Sequence record: MN781580
DNA from: Shigella phage KRT47
Reading direction: 5' to 3' (one strand)
DNA length: 64,000 nt
Shown here: positions 43,408 to 55,510 of the stretch, one piece after another
How positions within the stretch are numbered: the stretch's first letter is position 1
Layout of the letters: each line of letters opens with the position of its first letter
The notes under the pieces: generated by a model
The model's database searches: none
Seen by the model: only the letters and a program-made list of their open reading frames with translations
Told to the model about the DNA's origin: nothing
Translations under genes and position numbers: made by a program

Positions 43408-43415
43408 TATTCACC

Positions 43416-44333
43416 TCAAAATTCATTAATGCTATTAGTTAATTTAGAAAGACCCGCTTTTACAAAATATGAATAAATTTTGCCACGCGGTGGTAATTTA
43501 TATGAATTATAGTAATTCACAATGTTTGAAGCAATATTATCAGGAATATAATCAAAATCAATTAGAACTAAATTTTCTTTATAACGATTATATTCAGATT
43601 CTGTGAGAAGCACCTTAGCTTGCTCACGGTCATTAGCAATAGCTTCAACGATTGAAGTTTTCATTGAAGGAGTTCGTTCACCTTCAACTTTGGTAAACCA
43701 AAAGTCAGATCGTACTTTAACTGAAGCAACGTTATCCTTTTTGTCACCTTTAAGGATTTTAGTCATACAGTCAATTTCAGCAGAACCGCTTTTAATTTTA
43801 ACCCATTTCTTGTGCATCGGTGACCATTGCTTAACATTTGGATATTTGTGAAGCTGTGTAAAGTCACCATCCGACGAAATGATTAAAATCTTGTGTCCTT
43901 CTAAAGAGAACTTTTTAACCAAAACAGCAATATGGTCATCTGCTTCATACTTATCAATATCCATAACGATGTATGGCATATAAGCTTTCAATTCATCTAT
44001 AACTTTATGACTGGATTCAAAATAACCTTCCCAGTCCCAAGTAGATTCTTCTCGTGCTTTTCCACGGTTTTTCTTATAATAATAAGCAAAATCACGACGC
44101 CAGTATCCAGATTTCGCGTTATCAATACACAATACAATTTTAGTGTATCCAAGAGCTTTTGCTTTTTTGACATTAAACTTAATTGAGTTCAATATCAAAT
44201 GACGAACCATTGATAAATTAATTTTTTCTTTATCTGGAAAATTTACTAAAGCCGTAGAAAGTGCAATCTGACTAAAGTCAATAAAGCAAATTCCTTCTTT
44301 GTAATCTTCATCCAGCATCATTTCTAAATCCAT
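43416..44333 (-). CDS. rnh: RNase H (5'-3' exonuclease / flap endonuclease)
   Basis: Start taken at MDLEMMLDEDYKEGIC; 305 aa. Confidence 0.85.
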   Translation of the reverse strand: MDLEMMLDEDYKEGICFIDFSQIALSTALVNFPDKEKINLSMVRHLILNSIKFNVKKAKALGYTKIVLCIDNAKSGYWRRDFAYYYKKNRGKAREESTWDWEGYFESSHKVIDELKAYMPYIVMDIDKYEADDHIAVLVKKFSLEGHKILIISSDGDFTQLHKYPNVKQWSPMHKKWVKIKSGSAEIDCMTKILKGDKKDNVASVKVRSDFWFTKVEGERTPSMKTSIVEAIANDREQAKVLLTESEYNRYKENLVLIDFDYIPDNIASNIVNYYNSYKLPPRGKIYSYFVKAGLSKLTNSINEF

Positions 44334-44393
44334 ATGAACCTCGTTCAATTAGTGAGAATTTTATTATAACATCTTAAATCTTAAAGTAAATAA

Positions 44394-44401
44394 GTATAAA
44401 T
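44394..44401 (+). promoter_or_regulatory. Late promoter (TATAAATA) for gene 34
   Basis: TATAAATA about 36 nt upstream of gene 34 ATG. Confidence 0.55.
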
Positions 44402-44436
44402 ACTTATTATTGAAAACACAATAGGAGCCCGGGAGA

Positions 44437-47400
44437 ATGGCCGAGATTAAAAGAAAGTTCAGAGCAGAAGATGGTCTGGACGCAGGTGGTGATAAGATTA
44501 TTAATGTCGCGTTAGCTGATCGTACCGTAGGAACTGACGGTGTAAACGTTGACTACTTAATCCAAGAAAACACAGTTCAACAATATGATCCAACTCGTGG
44601 ATATTTAAAAGATTTCGTAATCATTTATGATAACCGTTTTTGGGCTGCTATAAATGATATTCCAAAACCGGCAGGAGCTTTTAATAGCGGACGCTGGAGA
44701 GCATTACGTACCGATGCTAACTGGATTACAGTCTCATCTGGTTCATATCAATTAAAATCAGGTGAAGCTATTTCGGTTAACACTGCAGCTGGTAATGATA
44801 TTACATTTACTTTACCATCTACTCCAATTGACGGTGATACTATCATTCTCCAAGATATTGGAGGAAAACCTGGAGTTAACCAAGTTTTAATTGTAGCTCC
44901 AGTGCAAAGTATTGTAAACTTCAGAGGCGAGCAAGTACGTTCAGTACTAATGACTCATCCAAAGTCACAGTTAGTTTTAATTTTTAGTAATCGTCTGTGG
45001 CAAATGTATGTAGCTGATTATAGTAGAGAAGCTGTAGTTGTAACACCAGCGAATACTTATCAAGCACAATCCAACGATTTTATCGTACGTAGATTTACTT
45101 CTGCTGCACCGATAAATATTAAACTTCCGAGATTTGCTAATCACGGCGATATTATTAATTTCGTCGATTTGGATAAATTAAACCCTCTTTATCATACAAT
45201 TGTTACGACATATGATGAAACAACATCAGTACAAGAAGATGGAACTCATTCCATTGAAGGCCGTACATCGATTGACGGTTTCTTGATGTTTGATGATAAT
45301 GAGAAATTATGGAGATTGTTTGACGGGGACAGTAAAGCACGTTTACGTATCATAACGACTAATTCAAATATTCGTCCAAACGAAGAAGTTATGGTATTTG
45401 GTGCAAATAACGGAACAACTCAAACGATTGAGCTTCAGCTTCCAACTAATATTTCTGTTGGTGATACTGTTAAAATTTCCATGAATTACATGAGAAAAGG
45501 ACAAACAGTTAAAATCAAAGCTGCAGGTGAAGATAAAATTGCTTCTTCAGTTCAATTGCTGCAATTCCCAAAACGTTCAGAATATCCGCCTGAAGCTGAA
45601 TGGGTGACTGTTCAAGAATTGGTTTTTAATGGCGAAACTAATTATGTTCCAGTTTTACAACTTGCTTATATAGAAGATTCTGACGGAAAATACTGGGTTG
45701 TACAACAAAACGTTCCAACCGTAGAAAGAGTTGATTCTTTAAACGATTCTACTAGAGCAAGATTAGGCGTGATTGCTTTAGCTACACAAGCGCAAGCTAA
45801 TGTCGATTTAGAAAATTCTCCACAAAAAGAATTAGCAATTACTCCAGAAACATTAGCTAACCGTACTGCTACAGAAACTCGTAGAGGTATCGCGAGAATA
45901 GCAACCACTGCTCAAGTAAATCAGAACACCACATTCTCTTTTGCTGATGATATTATCATTACTCCTAAAAAGCTGAATGAAAGAACTGCTACAGAAACTC
46001 GTAGAGGTGTCGCTGAAATTGCTACACAACAGGAAACTAATGCAGGTACTGATGATACTACAATCATCACTCCTAAAAAGCTTCAAGCTCGACAAGGTTC
46101 TGAATCATTATCTGGTATTGTAACCTTTGTATCTACCGCAGGAGCTACTCCAGCTTCTAGTCGTGAATTAAATGGTACAAACGTTTATAATAAAAACACT
46201 AATAATTTAGTTGTTTCGCCTAAAGCTCTGGATCAGTATAAAGCTACTCCAACACAACAAGGTGCAGTAATTTTAGCAGTTGAAAGTGAAGTAATTGCTG
46301 GACAAAGCCAAGAAGGATGGGCAAATGCGGTTGTAACGCCAGAAACGTTACATAAAAAGACATCAACTGATGGAAGAATTGGTTTAATTGAAATTGCTAC
46401 GCAAAGTGAAGTTAATACAGGAACTGATTATACTCGTGCAGTCACTCCTAAAACTTTAAATGACCGTAAAGCAACTGAAAGTTTAAGTGGTATAGCTGAA
46501 CTTGCTACGCAAGTTGAATTCGACGCAGGCGTCGACGATACTCGTATCTCTACACCATTAAAAATTAAAACCAGATTTAATAGTACTGATCGTACTTCTG
46601 TTGTTGCTCTATCTGGATTAGTTGAATCAGGAACTCTCTGGGACCATTATACCCTTAATATTCTTGAAGCAAATGAGACACAGCGTGGTACACTTCGTGT
46701 AGCTACACAAGTTGAAGCTGCTGCAGGAACATTAGATAATGTTTTAATAACTCCTAAAAAGCTTTTAGGTACTAAATCTACTGAAGCACAGGAAGGTGTT
46801 ATTAAAGTTGCAACTCAGTCTGAAACTGTGGCTGGAACGTCAGCAAATACTGCTGTATCTCCAAAAAATTTAAAATGGATTGTGCAGAGTGAACCTACTT
46901 GGGCAGCTACTACTGCGATAAGAGGCTTTGTTAAAACTTCATCTGGTTCAATTACATTCGTTGGTAACGATACAGTTGGTTCAACACAGTCGTTAGAATT
47001 ATACGAGAAAAATAGCTATGCAGTATCACCATATGAATTAAACCGTGTATTAGCAAATTATTTGCCATTAAAAGCAAAAGCTGCTGATACAAATTTATTG
47101 GATGGTCTAGATTCATCTCAATTCATTCGTAGGGATATTGCACAGACAGTTAATGGTTCACTAACCTTAACTCAACAAACGAATCTGAGTGCCCCTCTTG
47201 TATCATCTAGTACTGCTACGTTTGGCGGATCAGTTTCGGCAAACAGCACATTAACTATTTCTAATACTGGAACGGCAACTCGTCTGATTTTTGAGAAAGG
47301 ACCTCAAACTGGAACTAACCCAGTACAGACGATGACTATCAGAGTTTGGGGAAATCAGTTTGGTGGCGGTTCAGATACAACACGTTCTACTGTATTTGAA

Positions 47401-48306
47401 GTTGGTGATGAAACGTCTAATCACTTTTATTCTCAACGTAATAAAGCTGGGAATATAACGTTTAGTATCAATGGTACTGTAATGCCAATAAATGTTAATG
47501 CTTCGGGTTCTTTGAATGCGAACGGCGTTGCAACATTTGGTAGTTCAGTTACAGCCAATGGCGAATTCATCAGCAAGTCTGCAAATGCTTTCAGAGCAAT
47601 AAATGGCGACTATGGATTCTTTATTCGCAATGATGCTGCTAACACCTATTTTATGCTTACTGCATCGGGTGATCAGACTGGCGGATTTAATGGATTACGT
47701 CCTTTAGCTATTAACAATACATCTGGCCAAGTAACGATTGGTGAAAGCTTAATCATTGCCAAAGGTGCTACTATAAATTCAGGTGGTTTAACTGTTAACT
47801 CGAGAATTCGTTCTCAGGGCACTAAAACATCTGACTTATATACCCGTGCGCCAACATCTGATACTGTAGGATTCTGGTCAATCGATATTAATGATTCAGC
47901 TACTTATAACCAGTTCCCAGGTTATTTTAAAATGGTTGAAAAAACTAATGAAGTGACTGGGCTTCCGTACTTAGAACGTGGCGAAGAAGTTAAATCTCCT
48001 GGTACATTGACTCAGTTTGGTAACACACTTGATTCGCTTTACCAAGATTGGATTACTTATCCAACGACTCCAGAAGCACGTACCACTCGCTGGACACGTA
48101 CATGGCAGAAAACCAAAAACTCTTGGTCAAGTTTTGTTCAGGTATTTGATGGAGGTAACCCTCCTCAGCCGTCTGATATCGGTGCTTTACCATCTGATAA
48201 TGCTACAATGGGGAATCTTACTATTCGTGATTTCTTACGAATTGGTAATGTTCGCATTATTCCTGACCCAGTGAATAAAACGGTTAAATTTGAATGGGTT
48301 GAATAA
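44437..48306 (+). CDS. 34: Long tail fibre proximal subunit gp34
   Basis: 1289 aa; repeated TATETRRG(I/V)A(E/R)IAT motifs typical of gp34. Confidence 0.9.
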   Translation: MAEIKRKFRAEDGLDAGGDKIINVALADRTVGTDGVNVDYLIQENTVQQYDPTRGYLKDFVIIYDNRFWAAINDIPKPAGAFNSGRWRALRTDANWITVSSGSYQLKSGEAISVNTAAGNDITFTLPSTPIDGDTIILQDIGGKPGVNQVLIVAPVQSIVNFRGEQVRSVLMTHPKSQLVLIFSNRLWQMYVADYSREAVVVTPANTYQAQSNDFIVRRFTSAAPINIKLPRFANHGDIINFVDLDKLNPLYHTIVTTYDETTSVQEDGTHSIEGRTSIDGFLMFDDNEKLWRLFDGDSKARLRIITTNSNIRPNEEVMVFGANNGTTQTIELQLPTNISVGDTVKISMNYMRKGQTVKIKAAGEDKIASSVQLLQFPKRSEYPPEAEWVTVQELVFNGETNYVPVLQLAYIEDSDGKYWVVQQNVPTVERVDSLNDSTRARLGVIALATQAQANVDLENSPQKELAITPETLANRTATETRRGIARIATTAQVNQNTTFSFADDIIITPKKLNERTATETRRGVAEIATQQETNAGTDDTTIITPKKLQARQGSESLSGIVTFVSTAGATPASSRELNGTNVYNKNTNNLVVSPKALDQYKATPTQQGAVILAVESEVIAGQSQEGWANAVVTPETLHKKTSTDGRIGLIEIATQSEVNTGTDYTRAVTPKTLNDRKATESLSGIAELATQVEFDAGVDDTRISTPLKIKTRFNSTDRTSVVALSGLVESGTLWDHYTLNILEANETQRGTLRVATQVEAAAGTLDNVLITPKKLLGTKSTEAQEGVIKVATQSETVAGTSANTAVSPKNLKWIVQSEPTWAATTAIRGFVKTSSGSITFVGNDTVGSTQSLELYEKNSYAVSPYELNRVLANYLPLKAKAADTNLLDGLDSSQFIRRDIAQTVNGSLTLTQQTNLSAPLVSSSTATFGGSVSANSTLTISNTGTATRLIFEKGPQTGTNPVQTMTIRVWGNQFGGGSDTTRSTVFEVGDETSNHFYSQRNKAGNITFSINGTVMPINVNASGSLNANGVATFGSSVTANGEFISKSANAFRAINGDYGFFIRNDAANTYFMLTASGDQTGGFNGLRPLAINNTSGQVTIGESLIIAKGATINSGGLTVNSRIRSQGTKTSDLYTRAPTSDTVGFWSIDINDSATYNQFPGYFKMVEKTNEVTGLPYLERGEEVKSPGTLTQFGNTLDSLYQDWITYPTTPEARTTRWTRTWQKTKNSWSSFVQVFDGGNPPQPSDIGALPSDNATMGNLTIRDFLRIGNVRIIPDPVNKTVKFEWVE

Positions 48307-48314
48307 GAGGTATT

Positions 48315-49430
48315 ATGGAAAAATTTATGGCAGAGTTTGGACAAGGATATGTCCAAACGCCATTTTTATCGGAAAGTAATTCAGTAAGATATAAAATAAG
48401 TATAGCGGGTTCTTGCCCGCTTTCTACGGCAGGACCATACGTTAAATTTCAAGATAATCCTGTTGGAAGTCAAACATTTAGCGCAGGTCTTCATCTAAGA
48501 GTTTTTGACCCTTCCACCGGAGCATTAGTTGATAGTAAGTCATATGCTTTTTCTACTTCAAATGATACTACATCAGCTGCTTTTGTTAGTTTCATGAATT
48601 CTTTGACGAATAACAGACTTGTTGCTATATTAACTAGCGGAAAGGTTAATTTTCCTCCTGAAGTAGTATCTTGGCTAAGAGCCGCAGGAACGTCTGCTTT
48701 TCCATCTGATTCTTTATTGTCAAGATTTGACGTATCATATGCTGCTTTTTACACTTCTTCTAAAAGAGCTATTGCATTGGAGCATGTTAAACTAAGTAAT
48801 AGAAAAAGCACAGATGACTATCAAACTATTTTAGATGTTGTATTTGACAGTTTAGAAGACGTTGGAGCTACGGGATTTCCTAAAAGAACATATGAAAGCG
48901 TTGAGCAATTTATGTCAGCGGTTGGTGGAACTAATAACGAAATTGCACGTCTACCAACTTCAGCTGCGATAAGTAAATTATCTGACTATAATTTAATCCC
49001 TGGTGATGTTCTTTATCTTAAAGCACAGTTATATGCTGATGCCGATTTACTTGCTCTTGGAACTACAAATATATCCATCCGTTTTTATAACGCATCTAAT
49101 GGATATATTTCCTCGACACAAGCTGAGTTTACCGGGCAAGCTGGGTCTTGGGAATTAAAGGAAGATTATGTGGTTGTTCCAGAAAACGCTGTTGGATTTA
49201 CGATATATGCACAAAGAACAGCACAAGCTGGTCAAGGTGGTATGAGAAGTTTAAGCTTTTCTGAAGTGTCAAGAAATGGAGGTATTTCGAAACCTGCTGA
49301 ATTTGGCGTCAATGGTATTCGTGTTAATTATATCTGTGAATCTGCTTCACCTCCGGATATAATGGTACTTCCTACGCAAGCATCGTCTAAAACTGGTAAA
49401 GTGTTTGGGCAAGAATTTAGAGAAGTATAA
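48315..49430 (+). CDS. 35: Long tail fibre hinge connector gp35
   Basis: 371 aa downstream of gene 34. Confidence 0.8.
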   Translation: MEKFMAEFGQGYVQTPFLSESNSVRYKISIAGSCPLSTAGPYVKFQDNPVGSQTFSAGLHLRVFDPSTGALVDSKSYAFSTSNDTTSAAFVSFMNSLTNNRLVAILTSGKVNFPPEVVSWLRAAGTSAFPSDSLLSRFDVSYAAFYTSSKRAIALEHVKLSNRKSTDDYQTILDVVFDSLEDVGATGFPKRTYESVEQFMSAVGGTNNEIARLPTSAAISKLSDYNLIPGDVLYLKAQLYADADLLALGTTNISIRFYNASNGYISSTQAEFTGQAGSWELKEDYVVVPENAVGFTIYAQRTAQAGQGGMRSLSFSEVSRNGGISKPAEFGVNGIRVNYICESASPPDIMVLPTQASSKTGKVFGQEFREV

Positions 49431-49433
49431 ATT

Positions 49434-49462
49434 GAGGGAGCCTTCGGGTTCCCTTTTTCTTT
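49434..49462 (+). terminator. Intrinsic terminator after gene 35
   Basis: Hairpin GGGAGCCTTCGGGTTCCC followed by T-run. Confidence 0.55.
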
Positions 49463-49470
49463 ATAAATAC
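49463..49470 (+). promoter_or_regulatory. Late promoter (TATAAATA) for genes 36-37
   Basis: TATAAATA about 22 nt upstream of gene 36 ATG. Confidence 0.55.
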
Positions 49471-49492
49471 TATTAAAATAAAGGGGCATACA

Positions 49493-50158
49493 ATGGCTGA
49501 TTTAAAAGTAGGTTCAACAACTGGAGGCTCTGTCATTTGGCATCAAGGAAATTTTCCATTGAATCCAGCCGGTGACGATGTACTCTATAAATCATTTAAA
49601 ATATATTCAGAATACAATAAACCACAAGCTGCGGATAACGATTTCGTTTCTAAAGCTAATGGTGGTACTTTTGCATCAAAGGTAACATTTAATGCTGGTG
49701 TTCAAGTACCATATGCTGTAAACAATACAAACCCGTGCGGTATTTATCCAGGTAATGGCGATGCAGCTACTTTTGCTACAGCAAATATTGATATTGTTTC
49801 GTGGTATGGTATTGGTTTTAAATCATCACAGGGTTCAGCAGCCCGAACTGTGGTAATTAACACACGTAATGGTGATATTAGCACAAAAGGTGTTGTGTCG
49901 GCGACTGGTCAAGTAAGAAGTGATGCGGCCGCTCCTATAGCAGCGAATGACCTTACTAGAAAGGACTATGTTGATGGAGCAATAAATACTGTTACGGCAA
50001 ATGCGGATTCTAGAGTTTTCCGTAAAGGAGACACTATGACTGGAAACTTAACCGCACCAAACTTTTTCTCACAGAATCCTGCATCTCAACCTTCACATGT
50101 TCCACGATTTGACCAAATCGTAATTAAGGATTCTGTTCAAGATTTCGGCTATTATTAA
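49493..50158 (+). CDS. 36: Long tail fibre distal connector gp36
   Basis: 221 aa. Confidence 0.8.
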   Translation: MADLKVGSTTGGSVIWHQGNFPLNPAGDDVLYKSFKIYSEYNKPQAADNDFVSKANGGTFASKVTFNAGVQVPYAVNNTNPCGIYPGNGDAATFATANIDIVSWYGIGFKSSQGSAARTVVINTRNGDISTKGVVSATGQVRSDAAAPIAANDLTRKDYVDGAINTVTANADSRVFRKGDTMTGNLTAPNFFSQNPASQPSHVPRFDQIVIKDSVQDFGYY

Positions 50159-50166
50159 GAGGACTT

Positions 50167-53100
50167 ATGGCTACTTTAAAACAAATACAATTTAAAAGAA
50201 GCAAAACCGCAGGTGCACGTCCTGCTGCTTCAGTATTAGCCGAAGGTGAATTGGCTATAAACTTAAAAGATAGAACAATTTTTACTAAAGATGATTCAGG
50301 AAATATCATTGATCTAGGTATTGCTAAAGGCGGTCAAATTGATGGAAATGTGACTATTGATGGAACTTTACGCGTCAATGGACCAATAAACAACTTTGGA
50401 AATTTTTCTACAAGTGGTACTATTACGGCAAGTAATATTGTTTCTGCTACAGTATTCAGATCAACATCCGGTTCATTTTATACAAGAGCAGTAAATGATA
50501 CATCAAATGCCCATCTTTGGTTTGAAAATACAAATGGATCGGAGAGAGGTGTTTTATATTCAAAACCACAGTCTGAAAATGAAGGCGTAATCACAATGCG
50601 TGTTCGTCAAGGAACCGCAGCAGGGGCTCAAAATTCAGAATTTCATTTCATTTCTACTGATGGTGGTATTTTCCAGGCACGTAAATTAACTGCTTTAACT
50701 TCTATTAGTACACCAACTATTAGTGTTAATTTAATTAATCATGATTCTAAAGCCTTTGGGCAATACGATTCACAATCGTTGGTTCAGTATGTTTATCCTG
50801 GAACCGGTGAAACTAACGGAGTAAACTATCTTCGTAAAGTTCGTGCTAAATCTGGCGGCACTATGTGGCATGAAATCTGTACAGCTCAGACTGGACAAGC
50901 TGATGAAATGTCATGGTGGACTGGTAATACTCCTCAATCTAAACAGTATGGTATTCGTAATGATGGCCGAATAGCTGGCCGTAATAGCCTTGCATTAGGT
51001 ACATTCACTACGGGTTTCCCGTCTAGTGATTATGGAAATACTGGGGTAATGGGTGATAAGTATCTTGTTCTCGGTGACACTGTAACTGGTCTGAAATATA
51101 TTAAACAAGGTGTTTATGATTTAGTTGGTGGAGGTTATTCCGTTGCATCTATTACGCCTGATAGTTTCCGTAGTACTCGTAAAGGTATATTTGGTCGCTC
51201 AGAAGATCAAGGTACAACATGGACTATGCCTGGAACGAATGTTGCATTTTTATCAGTTCAAACACAGGCTGATGAAAACGCTGCTGGAGACGGCCAGACA
51301 CATATTGGCTATAACTCAGGCGGAAAAATGAACCACTATTTCCGTGGTAAAGGCAAAACTAATATTAATACTCAAGAAGGCATGGAAGTTAACCCGGGTA
51401 TTCTTAAAATAGTAACCGGTGCAAATAATGTAATGTTTTATGCTGATGGCGGTATTACATCCACTAAGCAGCTTTCAATATATAATGGTGTATATTTAGC
51501 AGCTAATAATTCTACTGCTGGGCTAACATTCGCTCCAACTACTACAGTTGACGGCACTAAGCAAATTTTGTGGGAAGGTGGTAAGCGTGCTGGACAGAAT
51601 AAAAGCTATGTAACTGTTAAAGCGTGGGGTAATTCATTTAACGCATCTGGCGATCGTAATCGTGAAACGGTTTTTGAAGTAGCTGACGGACAAGGTTATT
51701 ATTTTTATGCGCAGCGTGTAGCTCCTGCATCAGGTTCAACAACTGGAGTAATTCAATTTAGAATTGCTGGAGCATTATTAACCGGTGGGGGTATTACATC
51801 ATCAGGTTCTATTGTTACTGAGTCAAGTTTAGTTGCAAATAATGGATTGTCTGTAAATGGACAAGCTAAATTTGGTGGAACAGCAGATGCATTAAGAATT
51901 TGGAATGCTGAATACGGTGCTATTTTCCGCCGTTCGGAAACTAACTTTTATATTATTCCAACTTTACAAAATGCTGGAGAATCGGGCGGTATAAGTAATT
52001 TACGCCCATTTACCATCAATCTCGCAAATGGTAGTGTTATGATGGGCAATCATACACAAGCCGGAAAAAATTTGCTTACTATTGATAACGTATCAAAATT
52101 CGTTCAAACCGATGTTAGACTTCGAGTTAATATGGATTCTGACGCTATTGTGGTAAATGCTTCATCTCAAGCTGCATCTAACTTTATTCAAGGACGTAAG
52201 GCTGATGTTACAAAATGGTATTTAGGTATTGGCGATGGCGGAAACGTCGTTCGTATGCATAATTACACCTACTCTCACGGTATTGCATTAAACTCTGATA
52301 CTGTCGATATTACTAAGCCTCTTAAAATTAATGATATTCGAATTGGTACTGATGGCAACATCACAGGCGGTACTGGTAATTTTGCCAACTTAAATACAAC
52401 GTTAAATCGTAAAACCAGCGTGGGCGGTTGGGCTGGTAGTTCTGTTGACGGATGGTATAAATTTGCTACGGTAACAATTCCTCAGGGTACTGGTACAGTG
52501 ACTTTTAAGATTTCCGGCGGCGCTGGTTTTAATTTTAAAAGCTATAGCCAAGCTTCTGTTGCAGAAATAGTTCTTCGCACGGGTAATAATAATCCTAAAG
52601 GCATAAACGCTGTACTGTGGAATAGGTCAGACCTGAGTTTTAATCAGATAGCTACTATGAATACATCTGGCGATACTTATGATGTATACGTGTTCTGTGC
52701 CGGTTATACAAATGCATTAGTGGTTGAATATTCCTGTAGTGAAAACTCTTCGGTAACCGTAGTCGGTCTTAACGGAGGCATTCAGCCAGTTGTTGATGCA
52801 TTGCCTGATGGACATGTTGTAGGTAAAACAGTTCGTCTGTTAAATAATATTGGCGGAACTTTCGCAGCTGGAGAATCTAGCATTGTTACTCGCGGTGAAT
52901 ACGTTACTGATAATCAAAGAGGCATGCGTATTAAATCTAACGGTAATAATATCGGTTCTAACGCAGCTTTAATTAGAAATGATGGCGGAAGTTTTTATAT
53001 TTTAGCTACAGATAAAAATACGGAAGAAAAACCCGATGCAGCTAATGGTGATTGGAATGGCTTAAGACCTTTCTCTATTAATATGGCTGATGGTCGCGTT

Positions 53101-53997
53101 GGTATGAACCACGGGTTGAATATTACTGGTGGTGGATTAAACGTTACTGGTGGTAATACTAACTTAGGTAATATTAGCTCAAGACTAGTTTCATACGCCC
53201 GCGCGCCATCTGGATGGGGAGATACCTCAGATGCCATGAAATCTAAAATCACCTTTATGGCAGATCATGGTGATTTATCTAATTCAGGTAGTTATTATCC
53301 TATTGTCGGTGCATGGAGTAACTATGGTTCAGCGGGTTATCGTCAAACCTTTGAGTTCGGATGGGTCGGTTCCGGCACTACAGCTGGTTGGCGCGATGGT
53401 ATTATTCGTATTCGCGGAGATAATGCTAATGGCCAGCAAGCAAGATGGCGCTTTACAATGGACGGTACTTTAGATTGCCCTGGTAAAGTACTGCTACCAC
53501 AAACAGGTGCCTTTGGTGTCAATACATCAAATGGTCTCGGTGGAAATAGTATAACATTTGGTGATAATGATACTGGTATTAAGCAAAATGGTGATGGATT
53601 ATTAGACATATATGCGAACAGCGTACAAGTATTCCGTTTCCAAAACGGTGATTTGTACTCATACAAAAATATAAATGCTCCAAACGTTTATATTCGTTCT
53701 GATATTCGTTTAAAATCCAACTTCAAACCTATCGAAAATGCGCTTGATAAAGTTGAAAAACTTAACGGTGTCATTTACGATAAAGCTGAATACATCGGTG
53801 GAGAGGCAATTGAAACTGAAGCGGGTATTGTGGCTCAAACGTTACAAGACGTTTTACCAGAAGCTGTCCGTGAAACAGAAGACAGTAAGGGTAATAAAAT
53901 ACTCACTGTTTCTTCTCAAGCCCAGATTGCTCTTCTAGTTGAAGCTGTGAAAACACTTTCTGCTCGTGTAAAAGAACTTGAATCTAAACTTATGTAA
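50167..53997 (+). CDS. 37: Long tail fibre distal subunit gp37 with C-terminal intramolecular chaperone-like domain
   Basis: 1276 aa; C-terminal ...[15 protein letters not shown]...VKELESKLM resembles autoproteolytic chaperone domains of T2-type gp37. Confidence 0.85.
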   Translation: MATLKQIQFKRSKTAGARPAASVLAEGELAINLKDRTIFTKDDSGNIIDLGIAKGGQIDGNVTIDGTLRVNGPINNFGNFSTSGTITASNIVSATVFRSTSGSFYTRAVNDTSNAHLWFENTNGSERGVLYSKPQSENEGVITMRVRQGTAAGAQNSEFHFISTDGGIFQARKLTALTSISTPTISVNLINHDSKAFGQYDSQSLVQYVYPGTGETNGVNYLRKVRAKSGGTMWHEICTAQTGQADEMSWWTGNTPQSKQYGIRNDGRIAGRNSLALGTFTTGFPSSDYGNTGVMGDKYLVLGDTVTGLKYIKQGVYDLVGGGYSVASITPDSFRSTRKGIFGRSEDQGTTWTMPGTNVAFLSVQTQADENAAGDGQTHIGYNSGGKMNHYFRGKGKTNINTQEGMEVNPGILKIVTGANNVMFYADGGITSTKQLSIYNGVYLAANNSTAGLTFAPTTTVDGTKQILWEGGKRAGQNKSYVTVKAWGNSFNASGDRNRETVFEVADGQGYYFYAQRVAPASGSTTGVIQFRIAGALLTGGGITSSGSIVTESSLVANNGLSVNGQAKFGGTADALRIWNAEYGAIFRRSETNFYIIPTLQNAGESGGISNLRPFTINLANGSVMMGNHTQAGKNLLTIDNVSKFVQTDVRLRVNMDSDAIVVNASSQAASNFIQGRKADVTKWYLGIGDGGNVVRMHNYTYSHGIALNSDTVDITKPLKINDIRIGTDGNITGGTGNFANLNTTLNRKTSVGGWAGSSVDGWYKFATVTIPQGTGTVTFKISGGAGFNFKSYSQASVAEIVLRTGNNNPKGINAVLWNRSDLSFNQIATMNTSGDTYDVYVFCAGYTNALVVEYSCSENSSVTVVGLNGGIQPVVDALPDGHVVGKTVRLLNNIGGTFAAGESSIVTRGEYVTDNQRGMRIKSNGNNIGSNAALIRNDGGSFYILATDKNTEEKPDAANGDWNGLRPFSINMADGRVGMNHGLNITGGGLNVTGGNTNLGNISSRLVSYARAPSGWGDTSDAMKSKITFMADHGDLSNSGSYYPIVGAWSNYGSAGYRQTFEFGWVGSGTTAGWRDGIIRIRGDNANGQQARWRFTMDGTLDCPGKVLLPQTGAFGVNTSNGLGGNSITFGDNDTGIKQNGDGLLDIYANSVQVFRFQNGDLYSYKNINAPNVYIRSDIRLKSNFKPIENALDKVEKLNGVIYDKAEYIGGEAIETEAGIVAQTLQDVLPEAVRETEDSKGNKILTVSSQAQIALLVEAVKTLSARVKELESKLM

Positions 53998-53998
53998 A

Positions 53999-54027
53999 AG
54001 AGGGCTTCGGCCCTCTAAGGATTTTTA
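53999..54027 (+). terminator. Intrinsic terminator after gene 37
   Basis: Hairpin AGAGGGCTTCGGCCCTCT followed by T-rich tract. Confidence 0.5.
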
Positions 54028-54822
54028 ATGGCAATTGTAGGTGTTCCTGGCTGGATTGGTGAATCTGCCGTGAATGAAACTGGACAACGTTGGATGGATG
54101 CTGCGATGAAAGCTGTTCGTGTTTCAGTTCCTGGTTGGATGAGCTCAATGGCTGGACAATCTAAAGAAGTATATTACAGTATTGGTGCTAGCAATTCTTA
54201 TAATAAAGACACACTAATAAATTATCTCAAATCTCAAGGTAGTACTCCTGTTGTTGTTACTATTACTGGTAACCTAGTTTCTTCATCTGCAGGGCAACCT
54301 TGCTTAGATTTTCCTAGCTCATTAACTAATGCTTATGTAACGCTTATTATAAATGGCGGTGTAACAGTATATGGTCGCGGAGGACGCGGCGCGCAAGCGG
54401 GAAACCAGGCGGGTGAAGCTGGTGGTACTGCAATTAACAATGGTATAGGTACTCGTCTACGAATCACTAACAATGGAGCAATCGCTGGCGGCGGTGGTGG
54501 TGGTGGCGCCCAATCAACTGATAATGGATGGGGAGGTAAATATGTTTCTGGCGGCGGCGGCGGACGTCCTTTCGGAGCTGGTGGTAATAATGGAGCAAAA
54601 GCTCCGGGTGCATCAGCATCTTTAACATCTCCAGGCGCAGGCGGAAAAATGTATTCCGGCGTTGGATACTATGGTGGTGACGGTGGTAATGTTGGTGAAC
54701 GAGGTAAGGATGCGGTTAGATTGAACGGCTATTCGAACTCACCTGGCGCAGCTGGTAAAGCTGTTACTGGAAACGCTCCAACTTGGACTAAAGTTGGTAC
54801 AATATATGGTGCAAGAGTATAA
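54028..54822 (+). CDS. 38: Tail fibre tip adhesin gp38 (T2 type)
   Basis: 264 aa; multiple glycine-rich motifs (GGGGGGAQ, GGGGGRPFGAGG) separated by variable segments. Confidence 0.75.
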   Translation: MAIVGVPGWIGESAVNETGQRWMDAAMKAVRVSVPGWMSSMAGQSKEVYYSIGASNSYNKDTLINYLKSQGSTPVVVTITGNLVSSSAGQPCLDFPSSLTNAYVTLIINGGVTVYGRGGRGAQAGNQAGEAGGTAINNGIGTRLRITNNGAIAGGGGGGGAQSTDNGWGGKYVSGGGGGRPFGAGGNNGAKAPGASASLTSPGAGGKMYSGVGYYGGDGGNVGERGKDAVRLNGYSNSPGAAGKAVTGNAPTWTKVGTIYGARV

Positions 54823-54853
54823 TTTTGAATAAATATCCTTAAAAGGAGGGTCT

Positions 54854-55510
54854 ATGGCAGCACCTAGAATATCATTTTCGCCCTCTGATATTCTATTTGG
54901 TGTTCTAGATCGCTTGTTCAAAGATAACGCTACCGGGAAAGTTCTTGCTTCCCGGGTAGCTGTCGTAATTCTTTTATTTATGATGGCGATTGTTTGGTAT
55001 AGGGGAGATAGTTTCTTTGAGTACTATAAGCAATCAAAGTATGAAACATACAGTGAAATTATTGAAAAGGAAAGAAATGCACGCTTTGAATCTGTCGCCC
55101 TGGAACAACTCCAGATAGTTCATATATCATCTGAGGCAGACTTTAGTGCGGTGTATTCTTTCCGCCCTAAAAACTTAAACTATTTTGTTGATATTATAGC
55201 ATACGAAGGAAGATTACCTTCAACAATAACTGAAAAATCACTTGGAGGATATCCTGTTGATAAAACTATGGATGAATATATAGTTCATTTAAATGGACGT
55301 CATTATTATTCTGACTCAAAATTTGCTTTTTTACCAACTAAAAAGCCTACTCCCGAAATAAACTACATGTACAGTTGTCCATATTTTAATTTGGATAATA
55401 TCTATGCTGGAACGATAACCATGTACTGGTATAGAAATGATCATATAAGTAATGACCGCCTTGAATCAATATGCGCTCAGGCGGCCAGAATATTAGGAAG
55501 GGCTAAATAA
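54854..55510 (+). CDS. t: Holin T
   Basis: 218 aa; N-terminal TM segment VAVVILLFMMAIVWY and large periplasmic domain. Confidence 0.85.
   Translation: MAAPRISFSPSDILFGVLDRLFKDNATGKVLASRVAVVILLFMMAIVWYRGDSFFEYYKQSKYETYSEIIEKERNARFESVALEQLQIVHISSEADFSAVYSFRPKNLNYFVDIIAYEGRLPSTITEKSLGGYPVDKTMDEYIVHLNGRHYYSDSKFAFLPTKKPTPEINYMYSCPYFNLDNIYAGTITMYWYRNDHISNDRLESICAQAARILGRAK

Noticed and set aside
54480-54620. Runs of GGTGGTGGCGGCGGC in gene 38 considered as a simple-sequence repeat or CRISPR-like array
   Set aside because: They are in frame and encode the conserved poly-glycine motifs of the adhesin; no spacer-repeat periodicity
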